Shown here one piece after another: positions 21,991-32,308 of a DNA stretch of 64,000 bases; position 1 is the stretch's first letter, and each line of letters opens with the position of its first letter. The stretch spans positions 1,358 through 65,357 of the forward strand of contig JBNKPU010000207.1 of the NCBI GenBank assembly GCA_050295515.1, read 5' to 3'. Source of the stretch: Bacteroidales bacterium. GTDB lineage: Bacteria > Bacteroidota > Bacteroidia > Bacteroidales > UBA10428. A model generated the notes under the pieces. It did not search any database. It saw only the letters and a program-made list of their open reading frames with translations, and was not told the origin of the DNA. The translations under genes and the position numbers were made by a program.

Positions 21991-23610
21991 TCAAGATTGT
22001 TTGTATAGTAATACCGGCTCTTCATCATGTTCTGCACCCAAAACGTAAAAGGGAGCTTTTACATTCAAATCCAAGAACTTCGGAGAATTAACGAAGGTTC
22101 CGAAGGCTAAATTCAAAATAAGGTATGCCGTATAGCTAAAAACAGTTTTAACTTCCGTGTAATATTCATCATAATCCTCCAAGAGCTCATCAATGCCTTG
22201 AAAAAACATGCTTAAGGAAATATCACCACTGGAATCAAACAGCTCATCCTTGAATTTTAGCGAATCATCGCAGCTTGCAAAGCCATAAAATAAGGCATAT
22301 GCATCAAAAGGGTCTGAAACAGCGCCTCCAAACTCAAAATATAAAGCCTGTAGTGGTTTATCATTGTATTTTTCCCATAATTCAAGGTTTTTAAGTAACT
22401 TGTTATTGATGTTCTCGAAAATGCCTGATTTGAGAAAAGTTTTATAATCTGGTAGTTGATCAAGCAGTTCAGGCTCAGCCAATTTCAACTTATTTCTATT
22501 GGTCTCAATTTCGTTTAATAATTCATCAAAAATCTTCTTGCCTTCTTCAGTTTGTAGGGTTTCTATTGCAATTGTTTCTGATGCTGTCTTAAATCCCATT
22601 TTTTCTTTAATAAAATCTTTTACGACCTGTTCGTCTGCCACTTCCAACAATGGTTTTATTTGGTTACATTTATTCAAATCATAAAATTCCAATAAGAATT
22701 CCAGAAATTTTAAGTCTTCGCTATAAAGCGCATAATGAAAGGCGGTGTAGTAATCTTCATCAGTTGCATATAAATCAGCACCGGCATCAATAAAAAATTT
22801 AATCAATTTTTTATTTTTATTCTGAATGCTATTTTGTAAGGCTGAACGAGACTTCTCCTCATCTCTAATATCATTAAGGTCAGCTCCATAAGCCATAAAC
22901 AATTTGGCCATTTCTACAGAACTTACCTGTGAAAGAATTGGGAATGCATCATTCTGTGTTATTGGTTTTGCTCCATTTTTTAATAAAAGTTCAGTTAATT
23001 CTACAAAATCATGAGCAATTGCCGTTTGTATTGGGTTAACCCTTGCCCCTTCAATTCCATTTACATCAGCTCCATTTTCAATCAACAACTTGGCTATTTT
23101 AATACCTGGTGTAGTTTCGTATACTTTATCCCTGTCTCTTAAACGGTAAGTTTCGTTGCAAAAGTCTATGAAAGATTCATTATAGGGCTGAAAGCAATTT
23201 ACATCAACTTCCTGGGCAATAAATAATTTAACCATCTCAAAATTATCTTTTTCAATTGCTGCTTTTAATGCATTATCGATACCAGCCTTGGCTCCATGTT
23301 CTAATAAATAGTTAACAAGTTGAAAATGATTTCTCCGTGCTGCCATAATTAAAGGCGTTTTGGTATCAAATTCCATATTTACATCGGCACCATGTTGAAT
23401 AAGTAGCTCTACTACTTCCAGTCTTATTTCATCCTTCCAGCTATCAAGCACTCTGGCAAAAGTTGTTTCTTCTGGATCATCAGCATCCTGATAGTTTGCA
23501 TCCGCGCCAGCTTCTAATAGCGACTTTATTTTCTCCACATCCTCTGGTTTGTATATTCTTTTATCTACTAATTTAAATAGTTCAAGTGTGTACTCGCTTG
23601 CCATTTCCAT
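21991..23610 (-). CDS. Ankyrin-repeat protein with unknown C-terminal domain
   Basis: At least seven ankyrin signatures (LLEAGADANYQD, LIQHGADVNM, LLEHGAKA, LIENGADVNG, LLKNGAKP, FMAYGADLND, FIDAGADLYA). No signal peptide. Confidence 0.85.
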   Translation of the reverse strand: MEMASEYTLELFKLVDKRIYKPEDVEKIKSLLEAGADANYQDADDPEETTFARVLDSWKDEIRLEVVELLIQHGADVNMEFDTKTPLIMAARRNHFQLVNYLLEHGAKAGIDNALKAAIEKDNFEMVKLFIAQEVDVNCFQPYNESFIDFCNETYRLRDRDKVYETTPGIKIAKLLIENGADVNGIEGARVNPIQTAIAHDFVELTELLLKNGAKPITQNDAFPILSQVSSVEMAKLFMAYGADLNDIRDEEKSRSALQNSIQNKNKKLIKFFIDAGADLYATDEDYYTAFHYALYSEDLKFLEFLLEFYDLNKCNQIKPLLEVADEQVVKDFIKEKMGFKTASETIAIETLQTEEGKKIFDELLNEIETNRNKLKLAEPELLDQLPDYKTFLKSGIFENINNKLLKNLELWEKYNDKPLQALYFEFGGAVSDPFDAYALFYGFASCDDSLKFKDELFDSSGDISLSMFFQGIDELLEDYDEYYTEVKTVFSYTAYLILNLAFGTFVNSPKFLDLNVKAPFYVLGAEHDEEPVLLYKQS

Positions 23611-23629
23611 ATAAGTATTTAATTAAATA

Positions 23630-24682
23630 TTATTCTTTAGAAACCAGTATGTACAATCCCTTGCTACCACTTTCATTTATATTTACCGGATAACTATATT
23701 CGATGAAACTAACCTGAGAATCATTCTGGTATTTATTGGGTAGTATGTACCAAAAGAAATAATCCTGCACCCTGTTGAAAACGGGTTTAATGGTATGTTC
23801 TTTAAATTTAAGGACATCTCCTTTCATTTTTAATCGATAACATGCTGTACCCGTCCATGAATTGGGAATGTGGGTATAGGGGAAATAATCACAAATCATT
23901 TCTTTTTGATAAAACTGACGCTTTATTTTAAACTTTGTACTATAAGTAAGCAAATAGGGGGTTTTGTCTTCAAAAATGGAGCCGATATTACTACCAGTAT
24001 TGTCTGAATATTCATTTAATTTAGGGTCTTTCAAAAGTACCATATGATCAAATTTTGCCGGATACTGTTTGTACCTAAATTCTAGACCATCAAAGTTAGC
24101 ACTTCGAACCCACCCCTTAGGTGTAACTAATTTTATCCAATTACTATCTATCTTAAAATATACGGGAAATCCCCAACCATCAACACTGCTATATTCTTCG
24201 CCATAAATTACCACTTGTGCTAACTTATAATAATTATCCATTTCTTTTTCCCATGCCAGTTCTTCAAAAGCCTGTTCCGCATTCACCACCTCTTCAAATG
24301 GCACTTCTACCAATTCATTTTCTGTAAAATCATAAACCGAGTTTTGCGTAAAAACATAAGGGCACAGAAAGGGATTGTGCATCGAATCATTTCTTTCTAT
24401 TGAATAAGCCTGTTTGCCCTTTGCATCCAATTTTATATATTCTGTATTACCGATTAGCATAAAGAACAGATGAGAAGGATGATAATATATTTTAGTATAA
24501 TTAGTACTGATATATTTAATGCAATAATTCTCTGATTCGACTGTATCTTTTAAGTAAGGAAGACTTAGATATTCCTTTTTTTTAAGTACAAATGCATTTC
24601 GTAAATTATGGACCGAGCATTGCTCAAACAATAGAATAAAAATTAGTAGTGATATAATTGATATGACCATTTGTCTTTGCAT
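23630..24682 (-). CDS. Hypothetical secreted protein
   Basis: 350-aa ORF with an N-terminal signal, 19 nt from the ankyrin gene and 42 nt from the LRR gene, on the same strand. Confidence 0.55.
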   Translation of the reverse strand: MQRQMVISIISLLIFILLFEQCSVHNLRNAFVLKKKEYLSLPYLKDTVESENYCIKYISTNYTKIYYHPSHLFFMLIGNTEYIKLDAKGKQAYSIERNDSMHNPFLCPYVFTQNSVYDFTENELVEVPFEEVVNAEQAFEELAWEKEMDNYYKLAQVVIYGEEYSSVDGWGFPVYFKIDSNWIKLVTPKGWVRSANFDGLEFRYKQYPAKFDHMVLLKDPKLNEYSDNTGSNIGSIFEDKTPYLLTYSTKFKIKRQFYQKEMICDYFPYTHIPNSWTGTACYRLKMKGDVLKFKEHTIKPVFNRVQDYFFWYILPNKYQNDSQVSFIEYSYPVNINESGSKGLYILVSKE

Positions 24683-24724
24683 TTAATGTGTTTGTATGTC
24701 TGGATGAAGAAGATCATTTAAGGT

Positions 24725-27109
24725 TTACTGCAACTGAACATCAGGCCTTTCTTTTTTAAATGCTTCAATTTCTTCTTTTGGTATATTATTGCTCCCAATA
24801 AACAGCATTTGAAGCTTTGGGATTTTTATAAAACATTCAATAGTTTCCAGTGCACCATTGCCCAAATAGACTGTCTCTAGATTAGCCAAGCCTGAAATAG
24901 GAGTTGGATCTTTAACTTCTGCATTGTTTAAGCTTATTGTCCTTAATTTACTTAAGTTTTGCAATGGCGATAAATCTTCAATTTTACTGCCTAATACGAA
25001 GAAACTTTCTAAGTTTACAAGATTTTGGAAACCTTCTAATGATTTAATGGGGTGTGTACCCATGGTTTCAAAAATTCGAATACTTTTCAGTTTTGTCAAA
25101 TTTGACAAGGGTTCCAAACCAGTAATTTTATTGTTGTTTTCCAGCTCCAGTTCTTCAAGTTCTGTTAGGTTACCCAGTGGCTTTAAGGAAGTGTAAGAAC
25201 CATTTCTAATGCGAATCTCTTTTAGCTTGCTAAGGTATTTTAAAGGGTAAAGGCTTTCCAGGTTTTCAGAATAGCTGATGAACTTTCTTAACTGAAGAAT
25301 TTTCAGAATATTTTCCTCTATGGCTTCTTCAAAATCGTCAACCTGATGTTTGAGAATATGTTTCCAAATTTTTGGCAAAGCATCCCACCACCTTATTGGA
25401 TTTTTTTCAGGGTCGGGCAATTCAAAACCTTCAATTGCTTCTTTAAATTTGGTGTCGCTATGATATTCAGCAAAGGCTTCGTCAGTAAAAAAGCTTGCTG
25501 CTTCTTTGCCCAATTGCAAACATTTAATGGCGTAATCAATTGTTTCCGCTATATTCTTTACACGACAACAATACTTTGCCAATGCAAAGCTCAAAGAGCT
25601 GTCTTCTATTTCTTTAGGAAGAAGATTACTGAAAATATCTTTAGATAACTCAAGCATATCCTCATCTGCATTCATCAGGAACAGAATAGAAGTTTTTAAC
25701 AATTCTATTTTTTCTCCTGGCTCTATTTCGTGAAGGTTTTCCTTGAATTTTGAAAGAAAAAATGAAATCAGATCTAGCCCTTTGTTATAAGCATCATCAT
25801 ACCTTAATTGCTCGACAATAACCTGAAATACAAAACAATAACCTTTAGCTATTTGATTAATGTCTTCAACCCTTTTCAATTCTTCGATAAGCTCATCAGT
25901 TCGTCCCTCCGTTGTAAATTTTATAGTGCAATTGGGATTTTTATTTTTAAGTAAAATAATCTCTATAAGAGGAATAGAAGTTTTTGTAACCTGTAAATAC
26001 CTTAGTTTTTCTAAATTCATTAATGGAGCTATACTTTGTATCGGTGTATTGGATACATCTAATGATCGAAGTGGATTTAAGTTAGAAAGCTCATCAAGGG
26101 AATCTATAGGTGTGTTAAAGAGAGTAAGATCCTCCAGCTTGCTTAAACCAGCAAGCTGTCCAAGATCCCTAAATTGGGTTTTGTTGGTTGTAAACTTTTT
26201 AAGGTTGGTTAGTTTTGATAATACGCTTATTTCTGCAACATCATTATCAGAAATAGAAAGCGATTCTAATTTAGAACATTCGCCTATTGATGAAATATCC
26301 TTGATGTTTTTTCCCCGAACCGTGAGCTTTTTTAACCCTTCTAACCGTATTAAAGGCAATAGACTTGTTGTTTCATCATCAGAAACAGATAAATAATCGA
26401 TTGACTTTACTTTATTTTTGCTGGGAGTTTCACCTTCTTCAATTTCCAATTCCCATCTGATTAATTCTTGCCAGTTATCGTCTAAATCGTTCCACCATGC
26501 ATCAAATTCAGTATCTGAATTATTCACTATCGCAGGAGAAGTAGGAAGCACAACTTCTATATCAAGCTCCGCTGCAAGGCGCATTAAAAAAAGTTCACCA
26601 ACCGAATAAGCAAACCTTTCACCAAAGTCGCACTCTCCATGGTCAAATCTGTAAAGTACCGTATTGCCTAATTCCGTCTTGATTTCAGGATGGTAAACCC
26701 ACCAATCAGAATAGTCGGTTAACGGAGAAAGTAGCTTATACCCCTTTTCATGATAATTAAGTGCTTCGCCTTCTGATTGTTCTGGTTCAAAATTGTCGGA
26801 TTCACCAAGATGAAGACCCCTGGCATCTCCAGGAAAACTTATTCGCTCATGAATTGAGGTGATTTTTTGAAAAGATACAGGCCAATCAGCATAGCTGTCT
26901 TTTTTAGCAGGTGCACTGGCAATTAATTTTCTGTTACCTGAAAAGAAAACAATCAACTGATCTTTATCCGTTTTGGCAGATAGTGCTTTACTAAAAACAG
27001 CTTTCAGTATATTTTCCCATTCAGCATTTGGTGCCAGACAGTTAAAATGATTACACAAAGCCAGTATTAGTTCTGTACCCTTAAGTTGAGCTATATGTTT
27101 TATATTCAT
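24725..27109 (-). CDS. Leucine-rich-repeat protein (two LRR blocks) with unknown N-terminal domain
   Basis: Repeated L..L..L.L..N.I.D.S.L units (e.g. LSKLESLSISDNDVAEISVLSKLTNLKKF; LTELEELELENNNKITGLEPLSNLTKLKSIRI). No signal peptide. Confidence 0.85.
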   Translation of the reverse strand: MNIKHIAQLKGTELILALCNHFNCLAPNAEWENILKAVFSKALSAKTDKDQLIVFFSGNRKLIASAPAKKDSYADWPVSFQKITSIHERISFPGDARGLHLGESDNFEPEQSEGEALNYHEKGYKLLSPLTDYSDWWVYHPEIKTELGNTVLYRFDHGECDFGERFAYSVGELFLMRLAAELDIEVVLPTSPAIVNNSDTEFDAWWNDLDDNWQELIRWELEIEEGETPSKNKVKSIDYLSVSDDETTSLLPLIRLEGLKKLTVRGKNIKDISSIGECSKLESLSISDNDVAEISVLSKLTNLKKFTTNKTQFRDLGQLAGLSKLEDLTLFNTPIDSLDELSNLNPLRSLDVSNTPIQSIAPLMNLEKLRYLQVTKTSIPLIEIILLKNKNPNCTIKFTTEGRTDELIEELKRVEDINQIAKGYCFVFQVIVEQLRYDDAYNKGLDLISFFLSKFKENLHEIEPGEKIELLKTSILFLMNADEDMLELSKDIFSNLLPKEIEDSSLSFALAKYCCRVKNIAETIDYAIKCLQLGKEAASFFTDEAFAEYHSDTKFKEAIEGFELPDPEKNPIRWWDALPKIWKHILKHQVDDFEEAIEENILKILQLRKFISYSENLESLYPLKYLSKLKEIRIRNGSYTSLKPLGNLTELEELELENNNKITGLEPLSNLTKLKSIRIFETMGTHPIKSLEGFQNLVNLESFFVLGSKIEDLSPLQNLSKLRTISLNNAEVKDPTPISGLANLETVYLGNGALETIECFIKIPKLQMLFIGSNNIPKEEIEAFKKERPDVQLQ

Positions 27110-27499
27110 TTACAAACAAGATTATTTGAATAACTTTTACTACAAAGCTATTTTAAATAAAAATATAAAACATCCCTGTTTATGGCTATATTGGTGCATG
27201 CAGTTTAACCCGGAATATGCATTAGAAAATCTATTACATATTGAAATTGCTTCAATATAAATCGTTTCACTTAATTGTTTCGATTGTTCATACTCTCTTT
27301 ATTTTTATTGCATTCATGAACTCCCTATGGTCGGTTCACCATAGCGGTGCTATGATTCATCTCACCAAGTCCTTCTATTTTGCATTTTCAACCTTCATAA
27401 CGAAGTTCTAATACACAATCCAGGTTAAAATAAAATGGTGACTGTTAAATATATTTTAGCAGTATGTTTTTTATAAACCTAAATGTAAAATCTTATTCA

Positions 27500-28474
27500 T
27501 TAAAGTACTTCTTTGACATAAATAATTCTATCGCCTATTCCTATTGAATTTTTACTGACAAATCCTGCATTGAATTCATATACAAAAGCTACTTTATCAT
27601 TTGAATGAAGTATTTCTGTCGAAAACGGTTTTACATCTTTAAAAATCTCAATAATTTCATTTTTTTCATTCAGATAAACAATATCCAATGGGATTATCGT
27701 GTTTTTCATCCAAAAGCCAATCTTAACTGGAGGACTAAACACGAACTTCATACTACTATTTTCGGACAAAGATTTGCGGTACATTAAGCCAAGCTGCCTG
27801 GTATAAGGCGTATCAGAAATTTCAACATTGAATATTGGACCCTTTCTATTTTGTTTTTTATCTATGATTACAGCCTGTGATTCTTTAACAAACCTATAAC
27901 CTGGAATTTTGGTATAACGCTGAGCAATTGTATTGAGATAAGACGCTATATTTTCCTTAGTCATCTGGTCCATAAAAAAGGGCTGGCGTACTATATTATT
28001 ATTGTCCAGCACACAAATGAAATCTTGTTTAAACAGTCCGATGCTATCTTTATCTAGAAATCTATCAATATATCCAACCTGCACCTTTTTGTTTAGCCTT
28101 GGCTTAATCAGCCTATAATTCTGAAAGGATGTTATCAAAACGACAGACAATGTTGTATCAGCCAAATTTTCTTTTACATCCAACAAAAGTTCATAGTTTT
28201 CTTCAAATTTACTGAAGTCAACATTGGCACAATGGTATACAAGGGAGTATTTTTCCCTTGTTGTTGTGGTATACTCTATATGGGCATCACCTATAATGCT
28301 GTATTCGCTTCCTTCTAAAAGATGCATATTGTCGAACAACTTTTGGTAATTGAGGATTCTATAATGTAAGTATTGTAGCTCCTCCTCACAATTCCGATCC
28401 TTTTGTTGGCAATTACTCATCAGAAGTACAAAAAGAAAAGCAAAAATGGATAATTGATAAAAGTCTTTTTTCAT
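27500..28474 (-). CDS. Lipoprotein with C-terminal DUF192-like domain
   Basis: Signal MKKDFYQLSIFAFLFVLLMSNC from the ATG at 28474. C-terminus IPLDIVYLNEKNEII...VYEFNAGF...IGIGDRI resembles DUF192 (COG1430). Confidence 0.6.
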   Translation of the reverse strand: MKKDFYQLSIFAFLFVLLMSNCQQKDRNCEEELQYLHYRILNYQKLFDNMHLLEGSEYSIIGDAHIEYTTTTREKYSLVYHCANVDFSKFEENYELLLDVKENLADTTLSVVLITSFQNYRLIKPRLNKKVQVGYIDRFLDKDSIGLFKQDFICVLDNNNIVRQPFFMDQMTKENIASYLNTIAQRYTKIPGYRFVKESQAVIIDKKQNRKGPIFNVEISDTPYTRQLGLMYRKSLSENSSMKFVFSPPVKIGFWMKNTIIPLDIVYLNEKNEIIEIFKDVKPFSTEILHSNDKVAFVYEFNAGFVSKNSIGIGDRIIYVKEVL

Positions 28475-28511
28475 AATATTTGATTTGTACAATATGTTAG
28501 CCGGTTTGCTC

Positions 28512-31196
28512 CTATTCTGTTTCCCAGTGTTTATTAAAATAGCCAGAAGTCCAGATTAACTCAGGTTTTCTGGCTTTCCAAATTTTATAATCGTTCCATC
28601 CATAATTTGTAATATCCTTGTTTACCCCAGGTTCTTGTCCTAAGGAAAAATACCATGGATGATTATAACCAATCATTGCAATGTACCTTTTAGTATTTAT
28701 TGGATTGGGGTATACCATATAAAAACCTAGCTCCTTGCCATGAATTAATTCTTTTCCAATTTGGATAGAATCTTCTCCAATATAGAGTGGTATTTTACCT
28801 TTAATACTTTTTAATATTGAATTCGAATTATAATTACCTAATAGGATGAGGTTCGCACTTTCAATATCATCATTGTTGATTTCATAATCATACTTAACAA
28901 TGCAATGTGCATAAAATTGATCATACCAGAAATCATCTATAGTATCAGCTATGGCATTTATGTTTTCCTTTTCAATAGGTGTGCCTTCCGAACCTTTAAC
29001 TACAATAAAACGCTGCCCAAAAACATGCGAAAATGGTCCGGCTATTACGGCATTCTTTGTTATGAGACTGGTTTTAGGCCTATTACCCACAAACAATATA
29101 GAATCACTTGGCATGCCTTTATAAACAACAACTCCATTGTCGACAACTTTTAATTCCTTTCCAGATTTATATGGCAATGTTTTTAAATCTATCGTATAGG
29201 AACTAATATTTTCCTTATCTATTTCTAATTTGTTGCCTTTAATTTTTGCTTGGATACTTGCTTTGCCCAATGAATCTTTACATTCTATTGTTATCCAATA
29301 TGCTTTATTATAAATATTATGAAAAGTTGAAAAATGCACTTCCTTTGGGCTTAGGTTAAGGCTAAATTTGGTACAGTGTTCCAGAATGTTATCAAAGAAA
29401 TCATCTGGATAATATTTTGGAAACTCATTGGGTAACCTGTCAAACTTATAGTTTTTGAATTTCCCCTCTTTCAACATAAGATCAAGAACCTCGCTGCGTT
29501 TAAAATCTACATGTCTGTCAATCATGCTATGCGCATTGTAAATAGGTATATTACTCAAATTCTCAATGGTTTCTGATGGATAGTGATGCCTGAAGTATGG
29601 CCTGTTATTAGGAAAGTTCGGGTAAATTATTTCGGGTGAAACCATTCCGATAGCAGCAAACTTATCTGGAAATTCAGTGGCCAGACGTAAAACCTCATTT
29701 CCACCACTGCAAGTTCCTGCAAGATAAAACCTCTTATTATCAAGGTTATAATCAACAGCAACATCATTAATAATGTTAAATAATTCAGCCTCTTCAACTG
29801 TATTTCTACTAATTCTACTGTACCGTCTTGAAGCTGGTTCAATAATAATAATGTTGTATTTTTCTGCCATATCCTGAAAAAACTCAACAAGAATTGTGTT
29901 TCCTAGTCGTAAGCTCTCTAAGTAGGGCTTTTTATTAATTATTGCGGGAACTATTATGCCAAGTGGCATTGCTTGATCAGAGGTATAGGTTCTTGGAACA
30001 TGAATGATGTAATACTGTTTGCTGTCATCAATATCAGAAATATAGCTACGGATATACCATCCCTTGGCTCCTTTATAAGGATTCATTCCTTTATTTATTC
30101 CTTGAAGTAGGTTGTTGAATTGCTTAAATATGTATACATATTTTTTATCACTTCGATAAGTGTTCGATTGTAAAAAATTATATCGGTACAACAAAGCTTC
30201 CAATTCATCTTTATTTTTTTCTCGGATAGTAGTTTTTTCGAGTACTTCTATAATTGCTTGAATAGTATCATGGATGTTTCCTTTATATATATCTTGTTCC
30301 AATTTAATCTTACCTGTTTTAAAAAATGCCTTATACAATCCCTTGGGTAATGACCTCATGTCCATCGACCATTTTTTGCTTTCCTGTATAGTATCTTTTA
30401 GTATCAGACTTTCTTTAGAATCATATATAGTCAACTCACCATTGCACTTAGGAAAAAATATATCCAAATAGTTACTGTCACTATCGAACGTAATAGTATG
30501 TTGCAAGATTAAATGATTATGTAACCGAAAATGCCTTTTGAGCCCTGTTTCATTTGTATTTTCAAGACGTGCATACATTTCCCACAACCAATCAATCTTA
30601 TGTACTTTAATAAGCAGTGTATTGTTACCCTTTCTTAATTTAATGGGTAAATATTGTTCATAACTGCTCACTGGCTTTGGCTGATCTACTTTACAAATCA
30701 ATTCATTGTTCAGCCATATTTTCTGTCCATCACTACTTGAAAAATGCAACCTGGTTTCAATATCTTTTCTACATCTTATAATGCAGGCAAAATAAGCGTT
30801 CCCTTTATATTTTGATGTGTTTACAGTATAAAACTCATCCAGGTTTACTGGTTTATCACCTGAAAAATGAAATGTACAAGTAAAATTGGAGTCAAGTTTG
30901 GTTGAATCAGATACTTGTTCTTTAGATGTGATACCTATAAACTCATCGAAATTAAAATCATCCTCATTCAGGCCAACTAATTTAAGGTTGTTGGTATCAA
31001 TAAAGTTTGTTTGTTCATTTTCAGGGAAGGGACCCACCGAATACCACTTATTTAAAACTAAACCTTCCGGGGGTATCTTTTTAACTTCAACAATTCCATT
31101 TTCTTCATTATTTTTTTGTTTGCATGAAAGCATTAACAGGCATAAAATAATAACATATAGATTTTTCATTGGAGTGTTTTTTTTGTGGTTTTTCAT
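28512..31196 (-). CDS. Large lipoprotein with central alpha/beta-hydrolase (esterase/peptidase-like) fold
   Basis: Lipobox LLMLSC (alternative ATG at 31169). Region ...YIIHVPRTY...IIIIEPASR...FYLAGTCSGGNEVLRLA...AHSMIDRHV resembles an esterase-family nucleophile elbow. Confidence 0.6.
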   Translation of the reverse strand: MKNHKKNTPMKNLYVIILCLLMLSCKQKNNEENGIVEVKKIPPEGLVLNKWYSVGPFPENEQTNFIDTNNLKLVGLNEDDFNFDEFIGITSKEQVSDSTKLDSNFTCTFHFSGDKPVNLDEFYTVNTSKYKGNAYFACIIRCRKDIETRLHFSSSDGQKIWLNNELICKVDQPKPVSSYEQYLPIKLRKGNNTLLIKVHKIDWLWEMYARLENTNETGLKRHFRLHNHLILQHTITFDSDSNYLDIFFPKCNGELTIYDSKESLILKDTIQESKKWSMDMRSLPKGLYKAFFKTGKIKLEQDIYKGNIHDTIQAIIEVLEKTTIREKNKDELEALLYRYNFLQSNTYRSDKKYVYIFKQFNNLLQGINKGMNPYKGAKGWYIRSYISDIDDSKQYYIIHVPRTYTSDQAMPLGIIVPAIINKKPYLESLRLGNTILVEFFQDMAEKYNIIIIEPASRRYSRISRNTVEEAELFNIINDVAVDYNLDNKRFYLAGTCSGGNEVLRLATEFPDKFAAIGMVSPEIIYPNFPNNRPYFRHHYPSETIENLSNIPIYNAHSMIDRHVDFKRSEVLDLMLKEGKFKNYKFDRLPNEFPKYYPDDFFDNILEHCTKFSLNLSPKEVHFSTFHNIYNKAYWITIECKDSLGKASIQAKIKGNKLEIDKENISSYTIDLKTLPYKSGKELKVVDNGVVVYKGMPSDSILFVGNRPKTSLITKNAVIAGPFSHVFGQRFIVVKGSEGTPIEKENINAIADTIDDFWYDQFYAHCIVKYDYEINNDDIESANLILLGNYNSNSILKSIKGKIPLYIGEDSIQIGKELIHGKELGFYMVYPNPINTKRYIAMIGYNHPWYFSLGQEPGVNKDITNYGWNDYKIWKARKPELIWTSGYFNKHWETE

Positions 31197-31266
31197 CTTT
31201 AAATATTGTAAACAGTCAGCTAAGTTTTTTTAGTATTAGTAATACCCTATATCCATTAATTTGTAA

Positions 31267-32271
31267 TTAGTTGAGATTATTAAACAACCTTTTTGGTCTT
31301 AATTTAAACCAACCGGCTTTGTTCTTATCCCTTGACCAGAGTATTGCAACAGCCTTACCTATAATATGATTTTCCGGAACAAACCCCCAAAAGCGGGAAT
31401 CAACAGAGCCAAAGTGGTTATCACCCATCATGAAGTAATAATTTTGTTCAAAAGTATAGGTGTTCTTTTCTGTTCCATTAATAAAGATTCTGCCGTTTAG
31501 AGTATCCAGTTTATTATGCTCAAATGCAACAATAATTCTGGTATAGTGAGATAGGTTGTCCTGGTTAAGTAATACCGTATCACCTTTTTTTGGTACATAC
31601 AATGGTCCATAACAGTCGTTGTCCCATTTCTCATTAATATAATGAGGAAAAAAATAATTGTATTTTCTTAAAGGCTTAAGAGGAGGATTATATATGCTAT
31701 CCAGAAGGCTTAAAGAAACCCCAGGCAGACTATCATTTAAATGATTCAAAAAACCCACCACGTCCCTGATACATTCTCTATTCACAAAAATTGAGTTTTT
31801 AAAGTACCTTATGGTATCTCCTGGCAAGCCAATACAACGTTTAACATAAGGTTGTCTGAATTTTATAGCCTGGTATATTAACCCACCATGTTCTATTGTG
31901 TCGTGAACCGCTTTATCATAGCTTTGCCAACCGGCATAATCATAAAAGTTTAAATCGGGACGGTTTCTATAGATCGTATCGGCTTCCGGAAAATTAAATA
32001 CAACTATTTCATTGTGCCTAATTTTTGAGAAACCAGGCATCCTTGTTACTTTGTCATTTTCCGAATTAATGTATAAACGTGCTCCATAAGTAGTTTTATT
32101 TACTAGTAACATTTCACCGGGTAAAATTGTATTTGCCATTGAAGCAGAGGGGACCAGGTAAAACTCGAATAGAAATATTCTTATCAATAAGGCCGAAGTA
32201 AAAACCCATAGAATATTTTTGCCTAAACGCCCTGAGGTCTTTTTTAATTTGTTTGCTTTTTTCATTGTCAT
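31267..32271 (-). CDS. lepB: Signal peptidase I
   Basis: Box B PSASMANTILPGE (Ser nucleophile), box D VKRCIGLPGDTI (Lys), box E GDNHFGSVDSRFWGFV. Confidence 0.9.
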   Translation of the reverse strand: MTMKKANKLKKTSGRLGKNILWVFTSALLIRIFLFEFYLVPSASMANTILPGEMLLVNKTTYGARLYINSENDKVTRMPGFSKIRHNEIVVFNFPEADTIYRNRPDLNFYDYAGWQSYDKAVHDTIEHGGLIYQAIKFRQPYVKRCIGLPGDTIRYFKNSIFVNRECIRDVVGFLNHLNDSLPGVSLSLLDSIYNPPLKPLRKYNYFFPHYINEKWDNDCYGPLYVPKKGDTVLLNQDNLSHYTRIIVAFEHNKLDTLNGRIFINGTEKNTYTFEQNYYFMMGDNHFGSVDSRFWGFVPENHIIGKAVAILWSRDKNKAGWFKLRPKRLFNNLN

Positions 32272-32308
32272 TATAAAGGTGTATCCATATCTAATAGTTT
32301 TGCTGTGT

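Noticed and set aside
20917-27342. 22-nt similar motif ATGAAYTCCNNATGGTCGGTTC at 20923-20944 and 27315-27336, flanking the ankyrin/LRR block; possible att-like direct repeats
   Set aside because: It matches only 19 of 22. A rough estimate suggests several such matches are expected by chance in a 64-kb window. No integrase is present.
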